Assembly: GCA_964016885.1 (NCBI GenBank)
Contig: OZ024758.1
Coordinates: 38,130,001-38,194,000 of the forward strand
Source of the DNA: Eledone cirrhosa
Taxonomy: Eukaryota
Direction: 5' to 3'
Length of the DNA: 64,000 bases
The stretch's first letter is position 1; the number at the start of each line of letters is the position of its first letter. Under the pieces are notes generated by a model. It was not told the DNA's origin, ran no database searches, and saw nothing but the letters and a program-made list of their open reading frames with translations. Made by a program: the position numbers and the translations under genes. Shown here piece by piece: positions 41,111-54,749 of this stretch.

Positions 41111-44100
41111 GTACTAGCTGTCAGAATTAACTCCACTGTTGGTGAGAATTCATTTAAGTTCATGGTATTAGCTGTCAGAAGTCACTCCAATGTTGGTGAG
41201 AATTCATTTAAGTTCATGGTACTAGCTGGCCGAAGTAACCCCAATGTTGGTGAGAATTCATTTAAGTTCATGGTATTAGCTGTCAGAGGTCACTCCAATG
41301 TTGGTGAGAATTCATTTAAGTTCATGGTATTAGCTGTCAGAAGTAACTCCACTGTTGGTGAGAATTCATTTAAGTTCATGGTATTAGCTGTCAGAAGTAA
41401 CTCCACTGTTGGTGAGAATTCATTTAAGTTCATGGTATTAGCTGTCAGAAGTAACTCCACTGTTGGTGAGAATTCATTTAAGTTCATGGTATTAGCTGTC
41501 AGAAGTCACTCCAATGTTGGTGAGAATTCATTTAAGTCATGGTACTAGCTGTCAGAAGTAACTCCACTGTTGGTGAGAATTCATTTAAGTTCATTGTATT
41601 AGCTGTCAGAAGGAACGCCACTGTTGGTGAGAATTCATTTAAGTTCATGGTATTAGCTGTCAGAAGTAACTCCACTGTTGGTGAGAATTCATTTAAGTTC
41701 ATGGTACTAGCTGTCAGAAGTAACTCCAATGTTGGTGAGAATTCATTTAAGTTCATGGTATTAGCTGTCAGAAGGAACTCCACTGTTGCTGAGAATTCAT
41801 TTAAGTTCATGGTATTAGCTGTCAGAAGTAACTCCACTGTTGGTGAGAATTCATTTAAGTTCATGGTACTAGCTGTCAGAAGTCACTCCACTGTTGGTGA
41901 GAATACATTTAAGTTCATGGTATTAGCTGTCAGAAGGAACGCCACTGTTGGTGAGAATTCATTTAAGTTCATGGTATTAGCTGTCAGAGGTAACTCCACT
42001 GTTGGTGAGAATTCATTTAAGTTCATGGTACTAGCTGTCAGAAGTAACTCCACTGTTGGTGAGAATTCATTTAAGTTCATGGTATTAGCTGTCAGAAGTC
42101 ACTCCAATGTTGGTGAGAATTCATTTAAGTTCATGGTATTAGCTGTCAGAAGTCACTCCACTGTTGGTGAGAATTCATTTAAGTTCATGGTACTAGCTGT
42201 CAGAAGTAACCCCAATGTTGGTGAGAATTCATTTAAGTTCATGGTATTAGCTGTCAGAAGTCACTCCAATGTTGGTGAGAATTCATTTAAGTTCATGGTA
42301 TTAGCTGTCAGAAGTAACTCCACTGTTGGTGAGAATTCATTTAAGTTCATGGTATTAGCTGTCAGAAGTAACTCCACTGTTGGTGAGAATTCATTTAAGT
42401 TCATGGTATTAGCTGTCAGAAGTAACTCCACTGTTGGTGAGAATTCATTTAAGTCATGGTATTAGCTGTCAGAAGTAACTCCAATGTTGGTGAGAATTCA
42501 TTTAAGTTCATGGTATTAGCTGTCAGAAGTCACTCCACTGTTATTGAGAATTCGTTTAAGTTCATGGTACTAGCTGTCAGAAGTAACCCCAATGTTGGTG
42601 AGAATTCATTTAAGTTCATGGTATTAGCTGTCAGAAGTCACTCCAATGTTGGTGAGAATTCATTTAAGTTCATGGTATTAGCTGTCAGAAGTAACTCCAC
42701 TGTTGGTGAGAATTCATTTAAGTTCATGGTATTAGCTGTCAGAAGTAACTCCACTGTTGGTGAGAATTCATTTAAGTTCATGGTATTAGCTGTCAGAAGT
42801 AACTGTACTGTTGGTGAGAATTCATTTAAGTTCATGGTATTAGCTGTCAGAAGGAACTCCAATGTTAGTGAGAATTCATTTAAGTCATGGTACTAGCTGT
42901 CAGAAGTAACTCCACTGTTGGTGAGAATTCATTTAAGTTCATGGTATTAGCTGTCAGAAGGAACGCCACTGTTGGTGAGAATTCATTTAAATTCATTGTA
43001 TTAGCTGTCAGAAGTAACTCCACTGTTGGTGAGAATTCATTTAAGTACATGGTACTAGCTGCCAGAAGTAACTCCAATGTTGCTGAGAATTCATTTAAGT
43101 TCATGGTATTAGCTGCCAGAAGGAATTCCACTGTCGCTGAGAATTCATTTAAGTTCATGGTATTAGCTGTCAGAAGTAACTCCACTGTTGGTGAGAATTC
43201 ATTTAAGTTCATGGTACTAGCTGTCAGAAGTAACTCCACTGTTGGTGAGAATTCATTTAAGTTCATGGTATTAGCTGTCAGAAGTCACTCCAATGTTGGT
43301 GAGAATTCATTTAAGTTCATGGTATTAGCTGTCAGAAGTCACTCCACTGTTGGTGAGAATTCATTTAAGTTCATGGTACTAGCTGTCAGAAGTAACCCCA
43401 ATGTTGGTGAGAATTCATTTAAGTTCATGGTATTAGCTGTCAGAAGTCACTCCAATGTTGGTGAGAATTCATTTAAGTTCATGGTATTAGCTGTCAGAAG
43501 TAACTCCACTGTTGGTGAGAATTCATTTAAGTTCATGGTATTAGTTTGTCAGAAGTAACTCCACTGTTGGTGAGAATTCTTTTAAGTCATGGTATTAGTT
43601 GTCAGAAGTAACTCCAATGTTGGTGAGAATTCATTTAAGTTCATGGTATTAGCTGTCAGAAGGAACTCCACTGTTGGTGAGAATTCATTTAAGTTCATGG
43701 TATTAGCTGTCAGAAGGAACTCCAATGTTGGTGAGAATTCATTTAAGTCATGGTACAAGCTGTCAGATGTAACTCCACTGTTGGTGAGAATTCATTTAAG
43801 TTCATGGTATTAGCTGTCAGAAGGAACGCCACTGTTGGTGAGAATTCATTTAAGTTCATGGTATTAGCTGTCAGAAGTAACTCCACTGTTGGTGAGAATT
43901 CATTTAAGTTCATGGTACTAGCTGTCAGAAGTAACTCCAATGTTGGTGAGAATTCATTTAAGTTCATGGTATTAGCTGTCAGAAGGAACTCCACTGTTGG
44001 TGAGAATTCATTTAAGTTCATGGTATTAGCTGTCAGAAGTAACTCCACTGTTGGTGAGAATTCATTTAAGTCATGGTATTAGCTGTCAGAAGTAACTCCA

Positions 44101-47100
44101 TTGTTGGTGAGAATTCATTTAAGTCATGGTACTAGCTGTCAGAAGTAACTCCAATGTTGGTGAGAATTCATTTAAGTCATGGTACTAGCTGTCAGAAGTA
44201 ACTCCAATGTTGGTGAGAATTCATTTAAGTTCATGTTATTAGCTGTCAGAAGGAACTCCACTGTTGGTGAGAATACATTTAAGTTCATGGTACTAGCTGT
44301 CAGAAGTAACCCCAATGTTGGTGAGAATTCATTTAAGTTCATGGTATTAGCTGTCAGAAGTCACTCCAATGTTGGTGAGAATTCATTTAAGTTCATGGTA
44401 TTAGCTGTCAGAAGTAACTCCACTGTTGGTAAGAATTCATTTAAGTTCATGGTATTAGCTGTCAGAAGTAACTCCACTGTTGGTGAGAATTCATTTAAGT
44501 TCATGGTATTAGCTGTCTGAAGGAACGCCACTGTTGGTGAGAATTCATTTAAGTTCATGGTACTAGCTGTCAGAAGTAACCCCAATGTTGGTGAGAATTC
44601 ATTTAAGTTCATGGTATTAGCTGTCAGAAGTCACTCCAATGTTGGTGAGAATTCATTTAAGTTCATGGTACTAGCTGTCAGAAGTCACTCCACTGTTGGT
44701 GAGAATACATTTAAGTTCATGGTATTAGCTGTCAGAAGGAACGCCACTGTTGGTGAGAATTCATTTAAGTTCATGGTATTAGCTGTCAGAGGTAACTCCA
44801 CTGTTGGTGAGAATTCATTTAAGTTCATGGTACTAGCTGTCAGAAGTAACTCCACTGTTGGTGAGAATTCATTTAAGTTCATGGTATTAGCTGTCAGAAG
44901 TCACTCCAATGTTGGTGAGAATTCATTTAAGTTCATGGTATTAGCTGTCAGAAGTCACTCCACTGTTGGTGAGAATTCATTTAAGTTCATGGTACTAGCT
45001 GTCAGAAGTAACCCGAATGTTGGTGAGAATTCATTTAAGTTCATGGTATTAGCTGTCAGAAGTCACTCCAATGTTGGTGAGAATTCATTTAAGTTCATGG
45101 TATTAGCTGTCAGAAGTAACTCCACTGTTGGTGAGAATTCATTTAAGTTCATGGTATTAGCTGTCAGAAGTAACTCCACTGTTGGTGAGAATTCATTTAA
45201 GTTCATGGTATTAGCTGTCAGAAGTAACTCCACTGTTGGTGAGAATTCATTTAAGTCATGGTATTAGCTGTCAGAAGTAACTCCAATGTTGGTGAGAATT
45301 CATTTAAGTTCATGGTATTAGCTGTCAGAAGTCACTCCACTGTTATTGAGAATTCATTTAAGTTCATGGTACTAGCTGTCAGAAGTAACCCCAATGTTGG
45401 TGAGAATTCATTTAAGTTCATGGTATTAGCTGTCAGAAGTCACTCCAATGTTGGTGAGAATTCATTTAAGTTCATGGTATTAGCTGTCAGAAGTAACTCC
45501 ACTGTTGGTGAGAATTCATTTAAGTTCATGGTATTAGCTGTCAGAAGTAACTCCACTGTTGGTGAGAATTCATTTAAGTTCATGGTATTAGCTGTCAGAA
45601 GTAACTGCACTGTTGGTGAGAATTCATTTAAGTTCATGGTATTAGCTGTCAGAAGGAACTCCAATGTTAGTGAGAATTCATTTAAGTCATGGTACTAGCT
45701 GTCAGAAGTAACTCCACTGTTGGTGAGAATTCATTTAAGTTCATGGTATTAGCTGTCAGAAGTAACTCCACTGTTGGTGAGAATTCATTTAAGTTCATGG
45801 TATTAGCTGTCAGCAGGAACGCCACTGTTGGTGAGAATTCATTTAAGTTCATTGTATTAGCTGTCAGAAGTAACTCCACTGTTGGTGAGAATTCTTTTAA
45901 GTCATGGTATTAGCTGTCAGAAGTAACTCCAATGTTGGTGAGAATTTATTTAAGTTCATGGTATTAGCTGTCAGAAGTCACTCCACTGTTGGTGAGAATT
46001 CATTTAAGTTCATGGTACTAGCTGTCAGAAGTAACCCCAATGTTGGTGAGAATTCATTTAAGTTCATGGTATTAGCTGTCAGAAGTCACTCCAATGTTGG
46101 TGAGAATTCATTTAAGTTCATGGTATTAGCTGTCAGAAGTAACTCCACTGTTGGTGAGAATTCATTTAAGTTCATGGTATTAGCTGTCAGAAGTAACTCC
46201 ACTGTTGGTGAGAATTCATTTAAGTTCATGGTATTAGCTGTCAGAAGTAACTCCACTGTTGGTGAGAATTCATTTAAGTTCATGGTATTAGCTGTTAGAT
46301 GGAACTCCAATGTTGGTGAGAATTCATTTAAGTCATGGTACTAGCTGTCAGAAGTAACTCCACTGTTGGTGAGAATTCATTTAAGTTCATGGTATTAGCT
46401 GTCAGAAGGAACGCCACTGTTGGTGAGAATTCATTTAAGTTCATGGTATTAGCTGTCAGAAGTAACTCCACTGTTGGTGAGAATTCATTTAAGTTCATGG
46501 TACTAGCTGTCAGAAGTAACTCCAATGTTGGTGAGAATTCATTTAAGTTCATGGTATTAGCTGTCAGAAGGAACTCCACTGTTGCTGAGAATTCATTTAA
46601 GTTCATGGTATTAGCTGTCAGAAGTCACTCCAATGTTGGTGAGAATTCATTTAAGTTCATGGTATTAGCTGTCAGAAGTAACTCCACTGTTGGTGAGAAT
46701 TCATTTAAGTTCATGGTATTAGCTGTCAGAAGTAACTCCACTGTTGGTGAGAATTCATTTAAGTTCATGGTATTAGCTGTCAGAAGTAACTCCACTGTTG
46801 GTGAGAATTCATTTAAGTTCATGGTATTAGCTGTCAGAAGGAACTCCAATGTTGGTGAGAATTCATTTAAGTCATGGTACTAGCTGTCAGAAGTAACTCC
46901 ACTGTTGGTGAGAATTCATTCAAGTTCATGGTACTAGCTGTCAGAATTAACTCCACTGTTGGTGAGAATTCATTTAAGTTCATGGTATTAGCTGTCAGAA
47001 GTCACTCCAATGTTGGTGAGAATTCATTTAAGTTCATGGTACTAGCTGGCCGAAGTAACCCCAATGTTGGTGAGAATTCATTTAAGTTCATGGTATTAGC

Positions 47101-50100
47101 TGTCAGAGGTCACTCCAATGTTGGTGAGAATTCATTTAAGTTCATGGTATTAGCTGTCAGAAGTAACTCCACTGTTGGTGAGAATTCATTTAAGTTCATG
47201 GTATTAGCTGTCAGAAGTAACTCCACTGTTGGTGAGAATTCATTTAAGTTCATGGTATTAGCTGTCAGAAGTAACTCCACTGTTGGTGAGAATTCATTTA
47301 AGTTCATGGTATTAGCTGTCAGAAGTCACTCCAATGTTGGTGAGAATTCATTTAAGTCATGGTACTAGCTGTCAGAAGTAACTCCACTGTTGGTGAGAAT
47401 TCATTTAAGTTCATTGTATTAGCTGTCAGAAGGAACGCCACTGTTGGTGAGAATTCATTTAAGTTCATGGTATTAGCTGTCAGAAGTAACTCCACTGTTG
47501 GTGAGAATTCATTTAAGTTCATGGTACTAGCTGTCAGAAGTAACTCCAATGTTGGTGAGAATTCATTTAAGTTCATGGTATTAGCTGTCAGAAGGAACTC
47601 CACTGTTGCTGAGAATTCATTTAAGTTCATGGTATTAGCTGTCAGAAGTAACTCCACTGTTGGTGAGAATTCATTTAAGTTCATGGTACTAGCTGTCAGA
47701 AGTCACTCCACTGTTGGTGAGAATACATTTAAGTTCATGGTATTAGCTGTCAGAAGGAACGCCACTGTTGGTGAGAATTCATTTAAGTTCATGGTATTAG
47801 CTGTCAGAGGTAACTCCACTGTTGGTGAGAATTCATTTAAGTTCATGGTACTAGCTGTCAGAAGTAACTCCACTGTTGGTGAGAATTCATTTAAGTTCAT
47901 GGTATTAGCTGTCAGAAGTCACTCCAATGTTGGTGAGAATTCATTTAAGTTCATGGTATTAGCTGTCAGAAGTCACTCCACTGTTGGTGAGAATTCATTT
48001 AAGTTCATGGTACTAGCTGTCAGAAGTAACCCCAATGTTGGTGAGAATTCATTTAAGTTCATGGTATTAGCTGTCAGAAGTCACTCCAATGTTGGTGAGA
48101 ATTCATTTAAATTCATGGTATTAGCTGTCAGAAGTAACTCCACTGTTGGTGAGAATTCATTTAAGTTCATGGTATTAGCTGTCAGAAGTAACTCCACTGT
48201 TGGTGAGAATTCATTTAAGTTCATGGTATTAGCTGTCAGAAGTAACTCCACTGTTGGTGAGAATTCATTTAAGTCATGGTATTAGCTGTCAGAAGTAACT
48301 CCAATGTTGGTGAGAATTCATTTAAGTTCATGGTATTAGCTGTCAGAAGTCACTCCACTGTTATTGAGAATTCGTTTAAGTTCATGGTACTAGCTGTCAG
48401 AAGTAACCCCAATGTTGGTGAGAATTCATTTAAGTTCATGGTATTAGCTGTCAGAAGTCACTCCAATGTTGGTGAGAATTCATTTAAGTTCATGGTATTA
48501 GCTGTCAGAAGTAACTCCACTGTTGGTGAGAATTCATTTAAGTTCATGGTATTAGCTGTCAGAAGTAACTCCACTGTTGGTGAGAATTCATTTAAGTTCA
48601 TGGTATTAGCTGTCAGAAGTAACTGCACTGTTGGTGAGAATTCATTTAAGTTCATGGTATTAGCTGTCAGAAGGAACTCCAATGTTAGTGAGAATTCATT
48701 TAAGTCATGGTACTAGCTGTCAGAAGTAACTCCACTGTTGGTGAGAATTCATTTAAGTTCATGGTATTAGCTGTCAGAAGGAACGCCACTGTTGGTGAGA
48801 ATTCATTTAAATTCATTGTATTAGCTGTCAGAAGTAACTCCACTGTTGGTGAGAATTCATTTAAGTACATGGTACTAGCTGCCAGAAGTAACTCCAATGT
48901 TGCTGAGAATTCATTTAAGTTCATGGTATTAGCTGCCAGAAGGAATTCCACTGTCGCTGAGAATTCATTTAAGTTCATGGTATTAGCTGTCAGAAGTAAC
49001 TCCACTGTTGGTGAGAATTCATTTAAGTTCATGGTACTAGCTGTCAGAAGTAACTCCACTGTTGGTGAGAATTCATTTAAGTTCATGGTATTAGCTGTCA
49101 GAAGTCACTCCAATGTTGGTGAGAATTCATTTAAGTTCATGGTATTAGCTGTCAGAAGTCACTCCACTGTTGGTGAGAATTCATTTAAGTTCATGGTACT
49201 AGCTGTCAGAAGTAACCCCAATGTTGGTGAGAATTCATTTAAGTTCATGGTATTAGCTGTCAGAAGTCACTCCAATGTTGGTGAGAATTCATTTAAGTTC
49301 ATGGTATTAGCTGTCAGAAGTAACTCCACTGTTGGTGAGAATTCATTTAAGTTCATGGTATTAGTTTGTCAGAAGTAACTCCACTGTTGGTGAGAATTCA
49401 TTTAAGTCATGGTATTAGTTGTCAGAAGTAACTCCAATGTTGGTGAGAATTCATTTAAGTTCATGGTATTAGCTGTCAGAAGGAACTCCACTGTTGGTGA
49501 GAATTCATTTAAGTTCATGGTATTAGCTGTCAGAAGGAACTCCAATGTTGGTGAGAATTCATTTAAGTCATGGTACTAGCTGTCAGATGTAACTCCACTG
49601 TTGGTGAGAATTCATTTAAGTTCATGGTATTAGCTGTCAGAAGGAACGCCACTGTTGGTGAGAATTCATTTAAGTTCATGGTATTAGCTGTCAGAAGTAA
49701 CTCCACTGTTGGTGAGAATTCATTTAAGTTCATGGTACTAGCTGTCAGAAGTAACTCCAATGTTGGTGAGAATTCATTTAAGTTCATGGTATTAGCTGTC
49801 AGAAGGAACTCCACTGTTGGTGAGAATTCATTTAAGTTCATGGTATTAGCTGTCAGAAGTAACTCCACTGTTGGTGAGAATTCATTTAAGTCATGGTATT
49901 AGCTGTCAGAAGTAACTCCATTTTTGGTGAGAATTCATTTAAGTCATGGTACTAGCTGTCAGAAGTAACTCCAATGTTGGTGAGAATTCATTTAAGTCAT
50001 GGTACTAGCTGTCAGAAGTAACTCCAATGTTGGTGAGAATTCATTTAAGTTCATGTTATTAGCTGTCAGAAGGAACTCCACTGTTGGTGAGAATACATTT

Positions 50101-50485
50101 AAGTTCATGGTACTAGCTGTCAGAAGTAACCCCAATGTTGGTGAGAATTCATTTAAGTTCATGGTATTAGCTGTCAGAAGTCACTCCAATGTTGGTGAGA
50201 ATTCATTTAAGTTCATGGTATTAGCTGTCAGAAGTAACTCCACTGTTGGTAAGAATTCATTTAAGTTCATGGTATTAGCTGTCAGAAGTAACTCCACTGT
50301 TGGTGAGAATTCATTTAAGTTCATGGTATTAGCTGTCTGAAGGAACGCCACTGTTGGTGAGAATTCATTTAAGTTCATGGTACTAGCTGTCAGAAGTAAC
50401 CCCAATGTTGGTGAGAATTCATTTAAGTTCATGGTATTAGCTGTCAGAAGTCACTCCAATGTTGGTGAGAATTCATTTAAGTTCA
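38820..50485. repeat. Tandem duplication of a 5,820-bp (108-monomer) block, itself containing an older 3,018-bp (56-monomer) repeat
   Basis: Eleven ORF pairs are offset 5820 (39438/45258 through 44557/50377). Private SNPs ACCCGAAT at 39191/45011, GCTGGCCG at ~41225/~47045 and GTCTGAAGG at ~44515/~50335. The internal pair 39438/42456 is offset 3018. Confidence 0.93.
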
Positions 50486-53400
50486 AGGTATTAGCTGTCA
50501 GAAGGAACTCCACTGTTGGTGAGAATTCATTTAAGTTCATGTTATTAGCTGTCAGAAGGAACTCCAATGTTGGTGAGAATTCATTTAAGTCATGGTACTA
50601 GCTGTCAGATGTAACTCCACTGTTGGTGAGAATTCATTTAAGTTCATGGTATTAGCTGTCAGAAGGAACGCCACTGTTGGTGAGAATTCATTTAAGTTCA
50701 TGGTATTAGCTGTCAGAAGTAACTCCACTGTTGGTGAGAATTCATTTAAGTTCATGGTACTAGCTGTCAGAAGTAACTCCAATGTTGGTGAGAATTCATT
50801 TAAGTTCATGGTATTAGCTGTCAGAAGGAACTCCACTGTTGGTGAGAATTCATTTAAGTTCATGGTATTAGCTGTCAGAAGTAACTCCACTGTTGGTGAG
50901 AATTTATTTAAGTCATGGTATTAGCTGTCAGAAGTAACTCCATTGTTGGTGAGAATTCATTTAAGTCATGGTACTAGCTGTCAGAAGTAACTCCAATGTT
51001 GGTGAGAATTCATTTAAGTCATGGTACTAGCTGTCAGAAGTAACTCCAATGTTGGTGAGAATTCATTTAAGTTCATGTTATTAGCTGTCAGAAGGAACTC
51101 CACTGTTGGTGAGAATACATTTAAGTTCATGGTACTAGCTGTCAGAAGTAACCCCAATGTTGGTGAGAATTCATTTAAGTTCATGGTATTAGCTGTCAGA
51201 AGTCACTCCAATGTTGGTGAGAATTCATTTAAGTTCATGGTATTAGCTGTCAGAAGTAACTCCACTGTTGGTAAGAATTCATTTAAGTTCATGGTATTAG
51301 CTGTCAGAAGTAACTCCACTGTTGGTGAGAATTCATTTAAGTTCATGGTATTAGCTGTCAGAAGGAACGCCACTGTTGGTGAGAATTCATTTAAGTTCAT
51401 GGTATTAGCTGTCAGAAGTAACTCCACTGTTGGTGAGAATTCATTTATGTTCATGGTACTAGCTGTCAGAAGTAACTCCAATGTTGGTGAGAATTCATTT
51501 AAGTTCATGGTATTAGCTGTCAGAAGGAACTCCACTGTTGGTGAGAATTCATTTAAGTTCATGGTATTAGCTGTCAGAAGGAACTCCAATGTTGGTGAGA
51601 ATTCATTTAAGTCATGGTACTAGCTGTCAGAAGTAACTCCAATGTTGGTGAGAATTCATTTAAGTTCATGGTATTAGCTGTCAGAAGGAACTCCACTGTT
51701 GGTGAGAATTCATTTAAGTTCATGGTATTAGCTGTCAGAAGTCACTCCAATGTTGGCGAGAATTCATTTAATTTCATGGTATTAGCTGTCAGAAGTAACT
51801 CCACTGTTGGTGAGAATTCATTTAAGTTCATGGTATTAGCTGTCAGAAGTAACTCCACTGTTGGTGAGAATTCATTTAAGTTCATGGTATTAGCTGTCAG
51901 AAGTAACTCCACTGTTGGTGAGAATTCATTTAAGTCATGGTATTAGCTGTCAGAAGTAACTCCAATGTTGGTGAGAATTCATTTAAGTTCATGGTATTAG
52001 CTGTCAGAAGTCACTCCACTGTTGGTGAGAATTCATTTAAGTTCATGGTACTAGCTGTCAGAAGTAACCCCAATGTTGGTGAGAATTCATTTAAGTTCAT
52101 GGTATTAGCTGTCAGAAGTCACTCCAATGTTGGTGAGAATTCATTTAAGTTCATGGTATTAGCTGTCAGAAGTAACTCCACTGTTGGTAAGAATTCATTT
52201 AAGTTCATGGTATTAGCTGTCAGAAGTAACTCCACTGTTGGTGAGAATTCATTTAAGTTCATGGTATTAGCTGTCTGAAGGAACGCCACTGTTGGTGAGA
52301 ATTCATTTAAGTTCATGGTACTAGCTGTCAGAAGTAACCCCAATGTTGGTGAGAATTCATTTAAGTTCATGGTATTAGCTGTCAGAAGTCACTCCAATGT
52401 TGGTGAGAATTCATTTAAGTTCATGGTATTAGCTGTCAGAAGTAACTCCACTGTTGGTGAGAATTCATTTAAGTTCATGGTATTAGTTTGTCAGAAGTAA
52501 CTCCACTGTTGGTGAGAATTCATTTAAGTCATGGTATTAGTTGTCAGAAGTAACTCCAATGTTGGTGAGAATTCATTTAAGTTCAAGGTATTAGCTGTCA
52601 GAAGGAACTCCACTGTTGGTGAGAATTCATTTAAGTTCATGTTATTAGCTGTCAGAAGGAACTCCAATGTTGGTGAGAATTCATTTAAGTCATGGTACTA
52701 GCTGTCAGATGTAACTCCACTGTTGGTGAGAATTCATTTAAGTTCATGGTATTAGCTGTCAGAAGGAACGCCACTGTTGGTGAGAATTCATTTAAGTTCA
52801 TGGTATTAGCTGTCAGAAGTAACTCCACTGTTGGTGAGAATTCATTTAAGTTCATGGTACTAGCTGTCAGAAGTAACTCCAATGTTGGTGAGAATTCATT
52901 TAAGTTCATGGTATTAGCTGTCAGAAGGAACTCCACTGTTGGTGAGAATTCATTTAAGTTCATGGTATTAGCTGTCAGAAGTAACTCCACTGTTGGTGAG
53001 AATTTATTTAAGTCATGGTATTAGCTGTCAGAAGTAACTCCATTGTTGGTGAGAATTCATTTAAGTCATGGTACTAGCTGTCAGAAGTAACTCCAATGTT
53101 GGTGAGAATTCATTTAAGTCATGGTACTAGCTGTCAGAAGTAACTCCAATGTTGGTGAGAATTCATTTAAGTTCATGTTATTAGCTGTCAGAAGGAACTC
53201 CACTGTTGGTGAGAATACATTTAAGTTCATGGTACTAGCTGTCAGAAGTAACCCCAATGTTGGTGAGAATTCATTTAAGTTCATGGTATTAGCTGTCAGA
53301 AGTCACTCCAATGTTGGTGAGAATTCATTTAAGTTCATGGTATTAGCTGTCAGAAGTAACTCCACTGTTGGTAAGAATTCATTTAAGTTCATGGTATTAG

Positions 53401-54288
53401 CTGTCAGAAGTAACTCCACTGTTGGTGAGAATTCATTTAAGTTCATGGTATTAGCTGTCAGAAGGAACGCCACTGTTGGTGAGAATTCATTTAAGTTCAT
53501 GGTATTAGCTGTCAGAAGTAACTCCACTGTTGGTGAGAATTCATTTATGTTCATGGTACTAGCTGTCAGAAGTAACTCCAATGTTGGTGAGAATTCATTT
53601 AAGTTCATGGTATTAGCTGTCAGAAGGAACTCCACTGTTGGTGAGAATTCATTTAAGTTCATGGTATTAGCTGTCAGAAGGAACTCCAATGTTGGTGAGA
53701 ATTCATTTAAGTCATGGTACTAGCTGTCAGAAGTAACTCCAATGTTGGTGAGAATTCATTTAAGTTCATGGTATTAGCTGTCAGAAGGAACTCCACTGTT
53801 GGTGAGAATTCATTTAAGTTCATGGTATTAGCTGTCAGAAGTCACTCCAATGTTGGCGAGAATTCATTTAATTTCATGGTATTAGCTGTCAGAAGTAACT
53901 CCACTGTTGGTGAGAATTCATTTAAGTTCATGGTATTAGCTGTCAGAAGTAACTCCACTGTTGGTGAGAATTCATTTAAGTTCATGGTATTAGCTGTCAG
54001 AAGTAACTCCACTGTTGGTGAGAATTCATTTAAGTCATGGTATTAGCTGTCAGAAGTAACTCCAATGTTGGTGAGAATTCATTTAAGTTCATGGTATTAG
54101 CTGTCAGAAGTCACTCCACTGTTGGTGAGAATTCATTTAAGTTCATGGTACTAGCTGTCAGAAGTAACCCCAATGTTGGTGAGAATTCATTTAAGTTCAT
54201 GGTATTAGCTGTCAGAAGTCACTCCAATGTTGGTGAGAATTCATTTAAGTTCATGGTATTAGCTGTCAGAAGTAACTCCACTGTTGGT
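50455..54288. repeat. 2,100-bp (39-monomer) tandem duplication, about 1.8 copies, overlapping a 1,022-bp (19-monomer) repeat
   Basis: Pairs 50592/52692, 51021/53121, 51614/53714 and 51937/54037. Marker TTCAAGGTA at ~50482/~52582. Pairs 49570/50592 and 49999/51021 are offset 1022. Confidence 0.9.
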
Positions 54289-54749
54289 GAGAATTCATTT
54301 AAGTTCATGGTATTAGCTGTCAGAAGTAACTCCACTGTTGGTGAGAATTCATTTAAGTTCATGGTATTAGCTGTCAGAAGTAACTCCACTGTTGGTGAGG
54401 ATTCATTTAAGTTCATGGTATTAGCTGTCAGAAGTAACTCCACTGTTGGTGAGAATTCATTTAAGTTCATGGTATTAGCTGTCAGAAGGAACGCCACTGT
54501 TGGTGAGAATTCATTTAAGTTCATAGTACTAGCTGTCAGAAGTAACTCCAATGTTGGTGAGAATTCATTTAAGTTCATGGTACTAGCTGTCAGAAGTAAC
54601 TCCAATGTTGGTGAGAATTCATTTAAGTTCATGGTATTAGCTGTCAGAAGGAACTCCACTGTTGCTGAGAATTCATTTAAGTTCATGGTATTAGCTGTCA
54701 GAAGTAACTCCACTGTTGGTGAGAATTCATTTAAGTTCATGGTACTAGC

